From Candidatus Omnitrophota bacterium (GTDB lineage: Bacteria; Omnitrophota; Omnitrophia; Omnitrophales; Omnitrophaceae): a DNA stretch of 39,940 nucleotides. How positions within the stretch are numbered: the stretch's first letter is position 1; each line of letters opens with the position of its first letter. The DNA lies in the NCBI GenBank assembly GCA_016209715.1, contig JACQVP010000063.1, positions 1-39,940 of the forward strand, written 5' to 3'. The notes below the pieces were generated by a model. That model ran no database searches. It was not told the origin of the DNA and worked only from the letters and a program-made list of their open reading frames with translations. Shown here piece after piece: positions 1 to 9,733 of this stretch. The translations under genes and the position numbers were made by a program.

Positions 1-48
1 CAATTGGGCTTAATTTGCTACCCTTTCTGAACCACGGTCCCCGAAACT

Positions 49-906
49 ATGACTTTTGAGCCGCAAAAAAAATCCACGGTCGGACTTCTAACCGCTTTCA
101 CCCCCGAAATTTTCAAAAGCGAATATTTCACCCGGCTCATATCGGGCGTCATCGGCGCTCTCCGGCAGACGACCTATGATTTGAAGCTGATCATGGTCAA
201 GGACGAGGAGTACGCCGACCCCAGCCGGCAAATCCTGCGCGAGCATCAGGTGGACGGGCTCCTGCTCCTGACCTGGCGAATCCACCCCAAGTACATGGAA
301 GAGGCCATGGAGGGTTCGGACCTTCCCATCGTCATCGTCAACGACTTCACCCCCGGCCTCAAGGCCAACATCATCTACTGCGACAATGCCACGGGCACCC
401 ATCTGAGCTTCAATCACCTGCTGAGCCGCGGTTATAAAAAGATCGGCATGCTTCAGGGGCCCGACGAGGCCTCCCTGGACGCGCGGGAACGCTACCACAT
501 CTATCGCCAGCTCCTGAAAGACAACGAGATCCCGTTCGAGCCCGATCACTTCCGGAAGTGCAATTATTTTTTCGAAGAGGACGGCTACCTCAAGATGATG
601 GACATCATCCAGAACTCTCGCTCCCTGCCCCGCGCCCTCATTTGCTTCAACGACGACATCGCCATCGGCGCCATGCGCGCGCTCAAAGAATCCTGGATCA
701 AGTGCCCCGAAGAAGTGGCCATCATCGGTTATGACGGGATCGAAAAGGGCAAGTATGTGGAGCCGCCTCTCACCACCGTCAAGCAACCGCTGGAAGTGAT
801 GGGCCGGGAAATGGTGAACATCCTGATCGGCCTGATCGAAGGGAGCGCCAAGGCCCCGGTTCAAAAGAAGATCTCGCCCGAACTCGTCATCCGGCAGTCG
901 ACCTGA
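49..906 (+). CDS. LacI/GalR-family ligand-binding domain protein lacking the N-terminal HTH
   Basis: Motifs VDGLLL, NHLLSRGYKKIG, CFNDDIAIGAMRAL, IIGYDG, PPLTTVKQP, ELVIRQST; in-frame TGA at 28-30 precedes ATG 49. Confidence 0.85.
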   Translation: MTFEPQKKSTVGLLTAFTPEIFKSEYFTRLISGVIGALRQTTYDLKLIMVKDEEYADPSRQILREHQVDGLLLLTWRIHPKYMEEAMEGSDLPIVIVNDFTPGLKANIIYCDNATGTHLSFNHLLSRGYKKIGMLQGPDEASLDARERYHIYRQLLKDNEIPFEPDHFRKCNYFFEEDGYLKMMDIIQNSRSLPRALICFNDDIAIGAMRALKESWIKCPEEVAIIGYDGIEKGKYVEPPLTTVKQPLEVMGREMVNILIGLIEGSAKAPVQKKISPELVIRQST

Positions 907-907
907 T

Positions 908-1519
908 TCACTGCCGCGCCGCGATGATTTTCCGCGCCCGGAAAATCCGCTGGAAGGCGGTGAAGTGCGTCCCGGCCGCCAGCAAAATCAGCGTCCAGTA
1001 AAAAAGATCTCGGCCGAAAAAAAGGCGCGGAAAAATCTGGCTCAGGAAAAGCCCCCCCACGAAGATCACGCTCCTTTCGGCCCTTTCCAGGAGGTCCGGC
1101 CATTCGGAATTCGAAACGCTGACCTCCATCGCCGCGCGCGCTTTCGCGTAGCTTGTGAGAAGCGACCCGGAGAGCATGGCCGAAGCCGGCCCCCAATATC
1201 CGGTGACATGAGCCACGCTGAAGAGCACGAAGATTTCGTAGTAACGGTCGCACATGGCGTCGAGATAGGACCCGAATTTGGAGGTCTTGCCCGTGAAGCG
1301 AGCCACGGCGCCGTCGAGCCCGTCCAGCAATCCGAAAATCAGCGCCAGCCAGGCGAACACCGCCAGGTTCCGGCTCCAGAGGAGGTAGAGGCAGGAAAAA
1401 ATTCCCAGGGCAAGACCGGCCAACGTCAATTGATTGGGGCTGACGCCGGTCGCGGCGGCGGCTCGGGCGGCTCCGCGCAGGGCCCGATCGAAAACAGGCT
1501 TGTATTTGGATGTGATCAT
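908..1519 (-). CDS. CDP-alcohol phosphatidyltransferase (PgsA/PI-synthase-like)
   Basis: SPNQLT and signature DGLDGAVAR...SKFGSYLDAMCDR; several hydrophobic segments. Confidence 0.9.
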   Translation of the reverse strand: MITSKYKPVFDRALRGAARAAAATGVSPNQLTLAGLALGIFSCLYLLWSRNLAVFAWLALIFGLLDGLDGAVARFTGKTSKFGSYLDAMCDRYYEIFVLFSVAHVTGYWGPASAMLSGSLLTSYAKARAAMEVSVSNSEWPDLLERAERSVIFVGGLFLSQIFPRLFFGRDLFYWTLILLAAGTHFTAFQRIFRARKIIAARQ

Positions 1520-2004
1520 GACGCCAGGAGCGGCTCGACGGCCTCAGAAAAATCGCTTTTCGATTGCTCGCCGACGAACTTTTTCGCGATGCGGCCGTCC
1601 CGCGCGATGAGGAAAGTGGTGGGGATCCCTCGGATCCCCCCGTAGGCCTCGACGACCGCGTCGTCGCCCATCAGCACCGGGTAGGTGATGCCGAATCTCT
1701 CGACGAACGCTTTGACGTCCGCCGGGCCGGATTCATCGAGGGAAATGCCGAGCACGCGGAAGCCGCGGGACTGATATTCCTTGTGGAGGGATTCCAGCGC
1801 GGGGATCTCCGCCTGGCAGGGCGGGCACCAAGTGGCCCAAAAATTCACCAGGAGGACTTGGCCGTCAAATTCAGACGAATGCACCGGCCGGCCGGCCAGA
1901 TCGTTCAAGGTGAATTCCGGCGCCTTCTGGAACACGGGTTTCTGCGCGCAGGAAACGAACAGGAAAAGAATCCCGAGGATCAGTCCCGAACAAGCCTTTC
2001 TCAT
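1516..2004 (-). CDS. TlpA/ResA-family thiol-disulfide oxidoreductase, probable lipoprotein
   Basis: NFWATWCPPC, GIPTTFLI, lipobox-like FVSC; ATG 2004 preceded by GGGGGAGG (ORF track start 2028). Confidence 0.9.
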   Translation of the reverse strand: MRKACSGLILGILFLFVSCAQKPVFQKAPEFTLNDLAGRPVHSSEFDGQVLLVNFWATWCPPCQAEIPALESLHKEYQSRGFRVLGISLDESGPADVKAFVERFGITYPVLMGDDAVVEAYGGIRGIPTTFLIARDGRIAKKFVGEQSKSDFSEAVEPLLAS

Positions 2005-2021
2005 AAGCCTCCCCCAACCAT

Positions 2022-2079
2022 AGCTCAAAACCTCAAGTTTTGAGCTGGATATGACCCTCAGCCACAGGGCTGAGGGTCA
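2022..2079. repeat. Two adjacent perfect inverted repeats (10-bp and 12-bp stems)
   Basis: AGCTCAAAAC-ctcaa-GTTTTGAGCT (2022-2046); TGACCCTCAGCC-acag-GGCTGAGGGTCA (2052-2079). Confidence 0.8.
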
Positions 2080-2805
2080 AATGGAAAACCGGTTCAAAAA
2101 CGACAGCCGGCCGGCCAGGACGGTCAAACGGCCGGAAAAAATCAGGATCCCCACCGCCACCAACAGCAGCCCGCTCACAATCTCGAAAGCGCGGAGCCAA
2201 TGTTTGGCCCGCGCGAAGAAACCGAAAAAGGCCTGGATCCCGAGCGCCGTCACGAGAAACGGGATGCCGAGTCCGAGCGAATAGAATACCAAAAGGACCG
2301 TCCCCTGCAAAACCGTTTCCTGGGTCCCGGCGTAAGCGAGAATCCCGGCCAAAATGGGCCCGATGCAAGGGGTCCAGCCGAACGCAAACGTGGCCCCGAC
2401 CACAAAACTTCCCGCCAGGCCGAACGGTTTCTTGCGCAGGTGGATCTTCTTTTCCCGGAAGAGCGCGTCCCAGCGCAGGATCCCGAGCACGTGCAAGCCG
2501 ACCAGTACGATCAGCACGCCCGCAATTTGATTGAAAATTTTGAGCTGCGATACCAGGAATTGGCCGATGCCGGTCGCCGTCGCGCCGAGGAGGATGAAAA
2601 CGGCGGAGAAGCCGGCCACAAAAAAACAGGCGTTCCCAAAAAGGCGTCCCTTCCCGGTCTCCTCCTTGTGAAGGTCCTCGACCGTGAGCCCGGTGAGAAA
2701 TGAAAGGTATCCGGGGATGAGGGGAAGCACACAAGGGGAGAGAAAAGAAAGAAGCCCGGCCAGGAAGGCGAGGCCCAGCGAAACCGGTTGGTCCATGGCG
2801 CTCAA
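2077..2805 (-). CDS. ccdA: Cytochrome c biogenesis protein CcdA (DsbD transmembrane domain)
   Basis: SFLSPCVLPLIP and WTPCIGPILA motifs; alternative ATG start at 2796. Confidence 0.92.
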   Translation of the reverse strand: MSAMDQPVSLGLAFLAGLLSFLSPCVLPLIPGYLSFLTGLTVEDLHKEETGKGRLFGNACFFVAGFSAVFILLGATATGIGQFLVSQLKIFNQIAGVLIVLVGLHVLGILRWDALFREKKIHLRKKPFGLAGSFVVGATFAFGWTPCIGPILAGILAYAGTQETVLQGTVLLVFYSLGLGIPFLVTALGIQAFFGFFARAKHWLRAFEIVSGLLLVAVGILIFSGRLTVLAGRLSFLNRFSI

Positions 2806-3398
2806 ACGACTTTCAACGACGCCCGGACGAGTTCCTCGACGGAAAGCCTCTTGCCGCCGGCTTCCCCCAGAACTTTTTTGATGGCGTCCTGAGCCGACGG
2901 TTTTTTATAACCCAGCGAGACCAGGACCAGGACCGTGTCCTGCACCAGCTCGTCGTCCGTTCCGGTCTCCTCGGGCCTGCGGCTCGATTTCTCGTCCACC
3001 AGGACCTTTTCCCGGAGTTCGATGATGATTCTTTCGGCGGTTTTCCGTCCGATGCCCGAAATGGCCGTCAGGGCGGCGAGGTCTTCGTGGATAATCGCCC
3101 GCTTGAGATCGGCCACAGCCAGTCCGGACAAGACCGCAAGGGCCATCTTCGGCCCGATGCCCGAAATGGAAAGCAACAGGCGAAAGAGGCTCTTTTCGTC
3201 CTGGGTCAGAAAGCCGAAAATTTGATGCGCGTCTTCGCGGATGTGCACGTGGGTGAGGAGATGCACCGATTGCCCCTCGGCCGGCAGGTGGCTGTACGTG
3301 GAGAGCGGAATCAAGACTTCGTAGCCGATCCCGCCGATGTCCACGACGATTTGAGTGGGGTGTTTGACCGCCAGATTTCCCTTGAGATAACTATACAT
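2802..3398 (-). CDS. ruvA: Holliday junction branch migration protein RuvA
   Basis: GGIGYEV, HIRED, SISGIGPKMAL, GIGRKTAERIIIEL, LVSLGY. Confidence 0.97.
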   Translation of the reverse strand: MYSYLKGNLAVKHPTQIVVDIGGIGYEVLIPLSTYSHLPAEGQSVHLLTHVHIREDAHQIFGFLTQDEKSLFRLLLSISGIGPKMALAVLSGLAVADLKRAIIHEDLAALTAISGIGRKTAERIIIELREKVLVDEKSSRRPEETGTDDELVQDTVLVLVSLGYKKPSAQDAIKKVLGEAGGKRLSVEELVRASLKVV

Positions 3399-3891
3399 GA
3401 GCGGCTTCTATTTTTTCCCGCCGGCATTGACAATGACAGATCGCGACCGCCAGCGCGTCGGCCGCGTCCGGCGGGGGATTCTCCCGCAAACCGAGCAGAT
3501 GGCGCACCATGAATTGGACCTGGTTCTTGGCCGCCCGGCCGTTCCCGGAGATGGCCTGTTTCACGCGCGTGGGAAGATATTCGGCCACCGAAACGCCGTG
3601 ATTCGTCGCGGCCAGGATGGCCACGGCCCGCGCCTCGCCGATCCGGACGGCGGATGAAAAACTCTGGCTGTAAAAGACGTCTTCCAGGGCCATGACATCG
3701 GGCTTGTAAATTTTCAGGACCTCTCCCAGGATGTCGTAAATTTTCTGCAGCCGCTTGGCGAGCGGGACCCCGCCGCGGTTCTTTTGCAGGACCAGGGTCT
3801 CGTAATGGGGCGAGTTCATCTTGCCGTTATCGAGGTCGACGATCCCGATCCCCGCCTTCCAGGTGCCCGGATCGATCCCCAGAACTCGCAT
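3391..3891 (-). CDS. ruvC: Holliday junction resolvase RuvC
   Basis: VLGIDPG, MALEDVFY, GNGRAAK, PPDAADALAVAICH. Confidence 0.97.
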   Translation of the reverse strand: MRVLGIDPGTWKAGIGIVDLDNGKMNSPHYETLVLQKNRGGVPLAKRLQKIYDILGEVLKIYKPDVMALEDVFYSQSFSSAVRIGEARAVAILAATNHGVSVAEYLPTRVKQAISGNGRAAKNQVQFMVRHLLGLRENPPPDAADALAVAICHCQCRREKIEAAHV

Positions 3892-3901
3892 GCGCCCGCG
3901 G

Positions 3902-4216
3902 CTACTCCTGCTTCATCTCTTCCAGGATCTTTTTCTTTTCCTGTTTGAGTGCTTTCAGCCGCCGGACGCCTTCCTTTACTTTCTTGACCTTCTCGCCGAT
4001 TTCGTCGATCACCGGGCCCGGTTCGAAGGACACGTCGCCGTGCGGGATGGAGCTCTTGTCCTGAATGGCTTCGATCAACTCATGCAGTTCTTCTTCCCTT
4101 TTCTTCAGAATATCGACGATGGGACCGCTCTTTTTTTCCTCCGCGAGCGTTTCGTTCATCTCGTGGAGCTCGGTCTGCCAGCGGCGGATTTTTGCAAGGA
4201 TCATGGATTTGTTCAT
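3902..4216 (-). CDS. Hypothetical charged coiled-coil protein
   Basis: 104-aa E/K-rich ORF filling the yebC-ruvC gap, purine-rich AGGGGA upstream of ATG. Confidence 0.7.
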   Translation of the reverse strand: MNKSMILAKIRRWQTELHEMNETLAEEKKSGPIVDILKKREEELHELIEAIQDKSSIPHGDVSFEPGPVIDEIGEKVKKVKEGVRRLKALKQEKKKILEEMKQE

Positions 4217-4260
4217 TATAGTTCCCCTATAAAATTGAAATAAGGACGATAGGCCCGAAC

Positions 4261-5007
4261 TCAGGCCACCTCTTTCATGACTTCTTCCGGAATGTCCACA
4301 TTTGAATAGACGTGCTGCACATCGTCATGGTCTTCGAGCGCTTCGATCAGCGCCAGGACCTGTTTGGCGTGGTCCGCCGTGACTTTCACCAGATTCTTCG
4401 GCAGCATGGTGATTTCCGCCGAGCCCACCGGGACCTTCTTTTCCGCCAGCGCCTTTTTCACCGCCTCGATATCCTGCGGCGCGGTCGTGACTTCATAGGA
4501 AGCGCCTTCTGTCGCTTGGTCCTCCGCCCCGGCCGAAAGCACGATGTCCATCAGCTGGTCCTCGGAGATCGCGGCCGTGTCGATCACAAAAAAACCCTTC
4601 TTTTCGAAAATCCACGCCACGGAACCCGCGCCGGCCATGTTGCCGCCCTTCTTGTCGAAAATGCTCCGGACTTCGGAGGCGGTCCGGTTTTTGTTATCGG
4701 TGAGGCACTGGACGTAAACCGCAACGCCCTGCGGCCCGTAACCTTCGTAACTGACTTCCTCGTACAGCGCGCCCGGAAGCTCTCCGGTCCCTTTCTTGAC
4801 CGCGCGCTCGATATTATCGGCCGGCATGTTGTTTTCTTTCGCCGTGGAAATCGCCACGCGAAGCCGGGGGTTGGTGTCAGGATTGCCGCCGCCGCTTTTC
4901 GCCGCCACGGTGATTTCACGGATCAGCTTGGTGAAGATCTTGCCGCGCTTCGCGTCCGCCGCCGCCTTCTTGTGTTTGATGGTTGCCCACTTGGAATGTC
5001 CTGACAT
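4261..5007 (-). CDS. yebC: YebC/PmpR-family protein
   Basis: MSGHSKWATIKHKK, YEGYGP, TDNKNRT, LEDHDDVQHVYSN. Confidence 0.97.
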   Translation of the reverse strand: MSGHSKWATIKHKKAAADAKRGKIFTKLIREITVAAKSGGGNPDTNPRLRVAISTAKENNMPADNIERAVKKGTGELPGALYEEVSYEGYGPQGVAVYVQCLTDNKNRTASEVRSIFDKKGGNMAGAGSVAWIFEKKGFFVIDTAAISEDQLMDIVLSAGAEDQATEGASYEVTTAPQDIEAVKKALAEKKVPVGSAEITMLPKNLVKVTADHAKQVLALIEALEDHDDVQHVYSNVDIPEEVMKEVA

Positions 5008-5048
5008 GCTCTTCTCCCGATAGCCCCAAAATCAAGTTTGGTGGCTGT

Positions 5049-5885
5049 TTACTTCGCGTTTAAAATGGCCCGGGTCACTTCCACGACGTCTTTCATTTCT
5101 CCGACGTCGTGCACCCGGACGATGCCGGCCCCCCGTTCGACGCTCAGGGCCACGGACGCCGCGCTGCCAAAAACCCGCTCCCTGGGTTCCCGTCCCGTTA
5201 TTTCTCCGAGAAACGATTTGCGCGACAGGCCGACGAGGAGGGGACGACCGAAGGATTTGAAGGATTCCAGATGTTTGATCAAGCTGAGGCTTTGGTCCTT
5301 GGTCTTGGCAAAGCCGATGCCGGGATCAATCACGATTTTGTTATAGGATATTCCAGCGCTTAACGCCATGTCAATACTTTCCTTGAGTTCGGCCACGACT
5401 TCGGCAATCAAATCGACATAACGGGCATGTTGTCTCATGGTTTGGGCGTTTCCCCGGCGGTGCATGAGGACGAGACCGGCGCCGAATTCAGCCGCCACGG
5501 CCGCCATTTCGGGGTCGTCCTTGAGGCCGCTCACGTCGTTGACGATTTCCGCTCCCGCCGCGAGCGCCGCCCGGGCGACGGACGCTTTCGTGGTGTCCAC
5601 TGAAACGGGAAGGGCGGATTCCCGCCGCACCGCCTCCAAAACGGGCAAAAGACGGGCCAGTTCTTCTTCGGCCGAAATCAACGGCGCGCCCGGACGCGTC
5701 GATTCGGCGCCCAGATCGATGAGGTCCGCGCCCGCCGCTTGGAACTCGCGCGCTCGAACCGCCGCGCGGGAGGGATCGAGGCAGTCCCCGCCGTCAGAAA
5801 ACGAATCCGGCGTGGCGTTGATGACGCCCATGACCAGGACGCGTCCGGACAAATCCCATTCCCGCGTCCGGCTGCGAAAAATCAT
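5049..5885 (-). CDS. folP: Dihydropteroate synthase
   Basis: MGVINATPDSFSDGG, GAESTRPGA, DPGIGFAK, SRKSFLG, IVRVHDV; GGAGG 8 nt before ATG 5885 (ORF track start 5900). Confidence 0.97.
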   Translation of the reverse strand: MIFRSRTREWDLSGRVLVMGVINATPDSFSDGGDCLDPSRAAVRAREFQAAGADLIDLGAESTRPGAPLISAEEELARLLPVLEAVRRESALPVSVDTTKASVARAALAAGAEIVNDVSGLKDDPEMAAVAAEFGAGLVLMHRRGNAQTMRQHARYVDLIAEVVAELKESIDMALSAGISYNKIVIDPGIGFAKTKDQSLSLIKHLESFKSFGRPLLVGLSRKSFLGEITGREPRERVFGSAASVALSVERGAGIVRVHDVGEMKDVVEVTRAILNAK

Positions 5886-5903
5886 CCCATTTGCCTCCAT
5901 AAG

Positions 5904-5937
5904 AAAAAAAGGTGAAACAGTTTTTCCGTTTCACCCC
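5904..5937 (-). terminator. Intrinsic terminator downstream of ftsH
   Basis: Minus strand GGTGAAACGG-AAAAA-CTGTTTCACC followed by TTTTTTT. Confidence 0.7.
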
Positions 5938-5961
5938 TAAATAGTGCCGGCCTTTTTTAAA

Positions 5962-7932
<1,971 letters not shown>

Positions 7933-8024
7933 AATTTTTCCTAAGTTCTTTTAAAACAAGGGGATAAAATCAACGACGATTTTAGCAGGAATCCCTTGTG
8001 AGAGCAAGTCTTTTTGGGGCGCCG

Positions 8025-9449
8025 TCAAACCGGCCGGCTGCTGAGCTTGAGAAACCGGCGGGTCTTGTGCGTCACCTTGCAGGGGTCGGAAATCTCGATC
8101 CCGTAAACCCAGAAGATCTCGTTGCCGCTCACGAACAAAGGCACCCGGTCCTTTTCATAACTGGGCACCTTCCGGGCGATGAAGAAATCCTTCAATTTCT
8201 TGGGGTAATGGAGGCCCAGGGGGCGGAAGACATCGCCTTCGCGGCGGTTGCGGATCACCAGGGGAAAATGGATCTTTTCCAGGTCGAAGATGCCGGAGGT
8301 ACGGTCCTTGCGATCGACCTTGTAAACCCTTTGCTCAAAAGCCTCTGCGACAAATTCGAGGCCCAGCTCGCGGACCACGACCCGGTCTCCGAGACGAAGC
8401 TGGTATTCGAAAGGCGGCGCTTCTCCGGCCGCGTGTTTCTTGAGAATAATCTCCTTTCTTTCCAGGGCCACCGACACATCGTTCGGAAGGTGGATTTCGT
8501 AGCGGCCGGCCGATTGCTCGAGGGCGCGGCGAAATTCGTCCCAATGGAAATAGTCCAGTTCGCTTTCCGGCTCGAGGTCCCGGACGGCCTTTTGCAGGAC
8601 GCGGAAGCGCAGGGCCTCGGGCTGCTGCAGAAACTTCTTCTTCTTGAGAATCAGAAGCCCCTCTTTTTTCTTCTTGATCACCTTGGGATACTGCTTCGCC
8701 ATGAGCTCTTCGATGAAAGCGAGGTCCAACGAAACGGTCTCGGCGAGGTTGGCCAGCGCGTTCTTGATCCGGGGATTGTAATACCGCTCCAAATCAGGGA
8801 TCAGCCGCTGGCGGATCCGGTTGCGCATGAATCGGGGGTCCTGGTTCGAAAGATCGACGCAAAACGTGAGCTTCCGGTCTCTGACGTAATCGTTCAGGTC
8901 TTTCTTTTCCAGCTCGATCAGAGGGCGGATCAGGATGAGACCGTTCCAATCGGAAACCGGTTTCATCGCGCCCAATCCTCTCAGCCCCGTCCCGCGAAGG
9001 ATCCGCAGCAACACCGTTTCCGCCTGGTCGTCCCGGTGATGTCCGAGAGCCACTTTTCTGAGGCCCAAACGCCGGGCCTCTTCCTGGAAAAATTGCAGGC
9101 GGCATTCCCTCGCCGCTTCTTCGATGGACATCCGGCGGTCCCGGGCGAATTGGCCGACGTCAACCTTTTTACAGACGATCGGGAATTTCAAATCCCGGGC
9201 AAATTTCTCGGCGAACTGCTGGTCCTTGTCGGAGGCCTCCCCTCTCAATGAATGATTGAGATGGGCGATGTGCAGATCGAGGTGCCAATCCACCCGGATG
9301 CGGTATAGCAAATCGAACAAGGCGATGGAGTCCGGTCCGCCGGACACCGCGACGAGGACAGAGTCGCCTTTTGTGAGCAGGTTAAACTTGCGCACGCTTT
9401 TGAGAAATAGATCAAACGCCTTGTCGGCCTTGTGATCCGTGACGATCAT
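8025..9449 (-). CDS. tilS: tRNA(Ile)-lysidine synthase
   Basis: VSGGPDS, HLNHSLR, GHHRDDQAET, LIRPL, RNRIR, C-terminal KKLKDFF. Confidence 0.97.
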   Translation of the reverse strand: MIVTDHKADKAFDLFLKSVRKFNLLTKGDSVLVAVSGGPDSIALFDLLYRIRVDWHLDLHIAHLNHSLRGEASDKDQQFAEKFARDLKFPIVCKKVDVGQFARDRRMSIEEAARECRLQFFQEEARRLGLRKVALGHHRDDQAETVLLRILRGTGLRGLGAMKPVSDWNGLILIRPLIELEKKDLNDYVRDRKLTFCVDLSNQDPRFMRNRIRQRLIPDLERYYNPRIKNALANLAETVSLDLAFIEELMAKQYPKVIKKKKEGLLILKKKKFLQQPEALRFRVLQKAVRDLEPESELDYFHWDEFRRALEQSAGRYEIHLPNDVSVALERKEIILKKHAAGEAPPFEYQLRLGDRVVVRELGLEFVAEAFEQRVYKVDRKDRTSGIFDLEKIHFPLVIRNRREGDVFRPLGLHYPKKLKDFFIARKVPSYEKDRVPLFVSGNEIFWVYGIEISDPCKVTHKTRRFLKLSSRPV

Positions 9450-9474
9450 GACTCTCTCCTGACAATATGAAATC

Positions 9475-9550
9475 TGGTAGCGGCGGAGGGAATTGCACCC
9501 CCGACCCAGGGCTTATGAGTCCCTTGCTCTGCTAACTGAGCTACGCCGCC
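9475..9550 (-). tRNA. tRNA with CAT anticodon, most like elongator tRNA-Met
   Basis: GGCGGCG/CGCCGCT acceptor stem, GCTC/GAGC D-stem, loop CTCATAA, T-stem GGGGG/CCCTC, encoded CCA; 76 nt. Confidence 0.92.
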
Positions 9551-9733
9551 ACGGAAAATGAACTTTCTGGGGAAGGATGGGAGCAGGGTCCTGACAAAAA
9601 CTGCAACTGCTTGCCGTATCAAGAATTATAGTATTTACAACGTCGTCGGAAAACCTGGCCCCAAGTCCTTCCAAAATCTATGTACGCCTTATTTTATCGT
9701 AACAGGCCGTCCGAGCGCCATCACTTTTTGGAA

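Noticed and set aside
9475-9733. tRNA as integration site of an island
   Set aside because: Accessory genes lie 5' of the tRNA; no integrase and no duplicated tRNA 3' end seen in the window.
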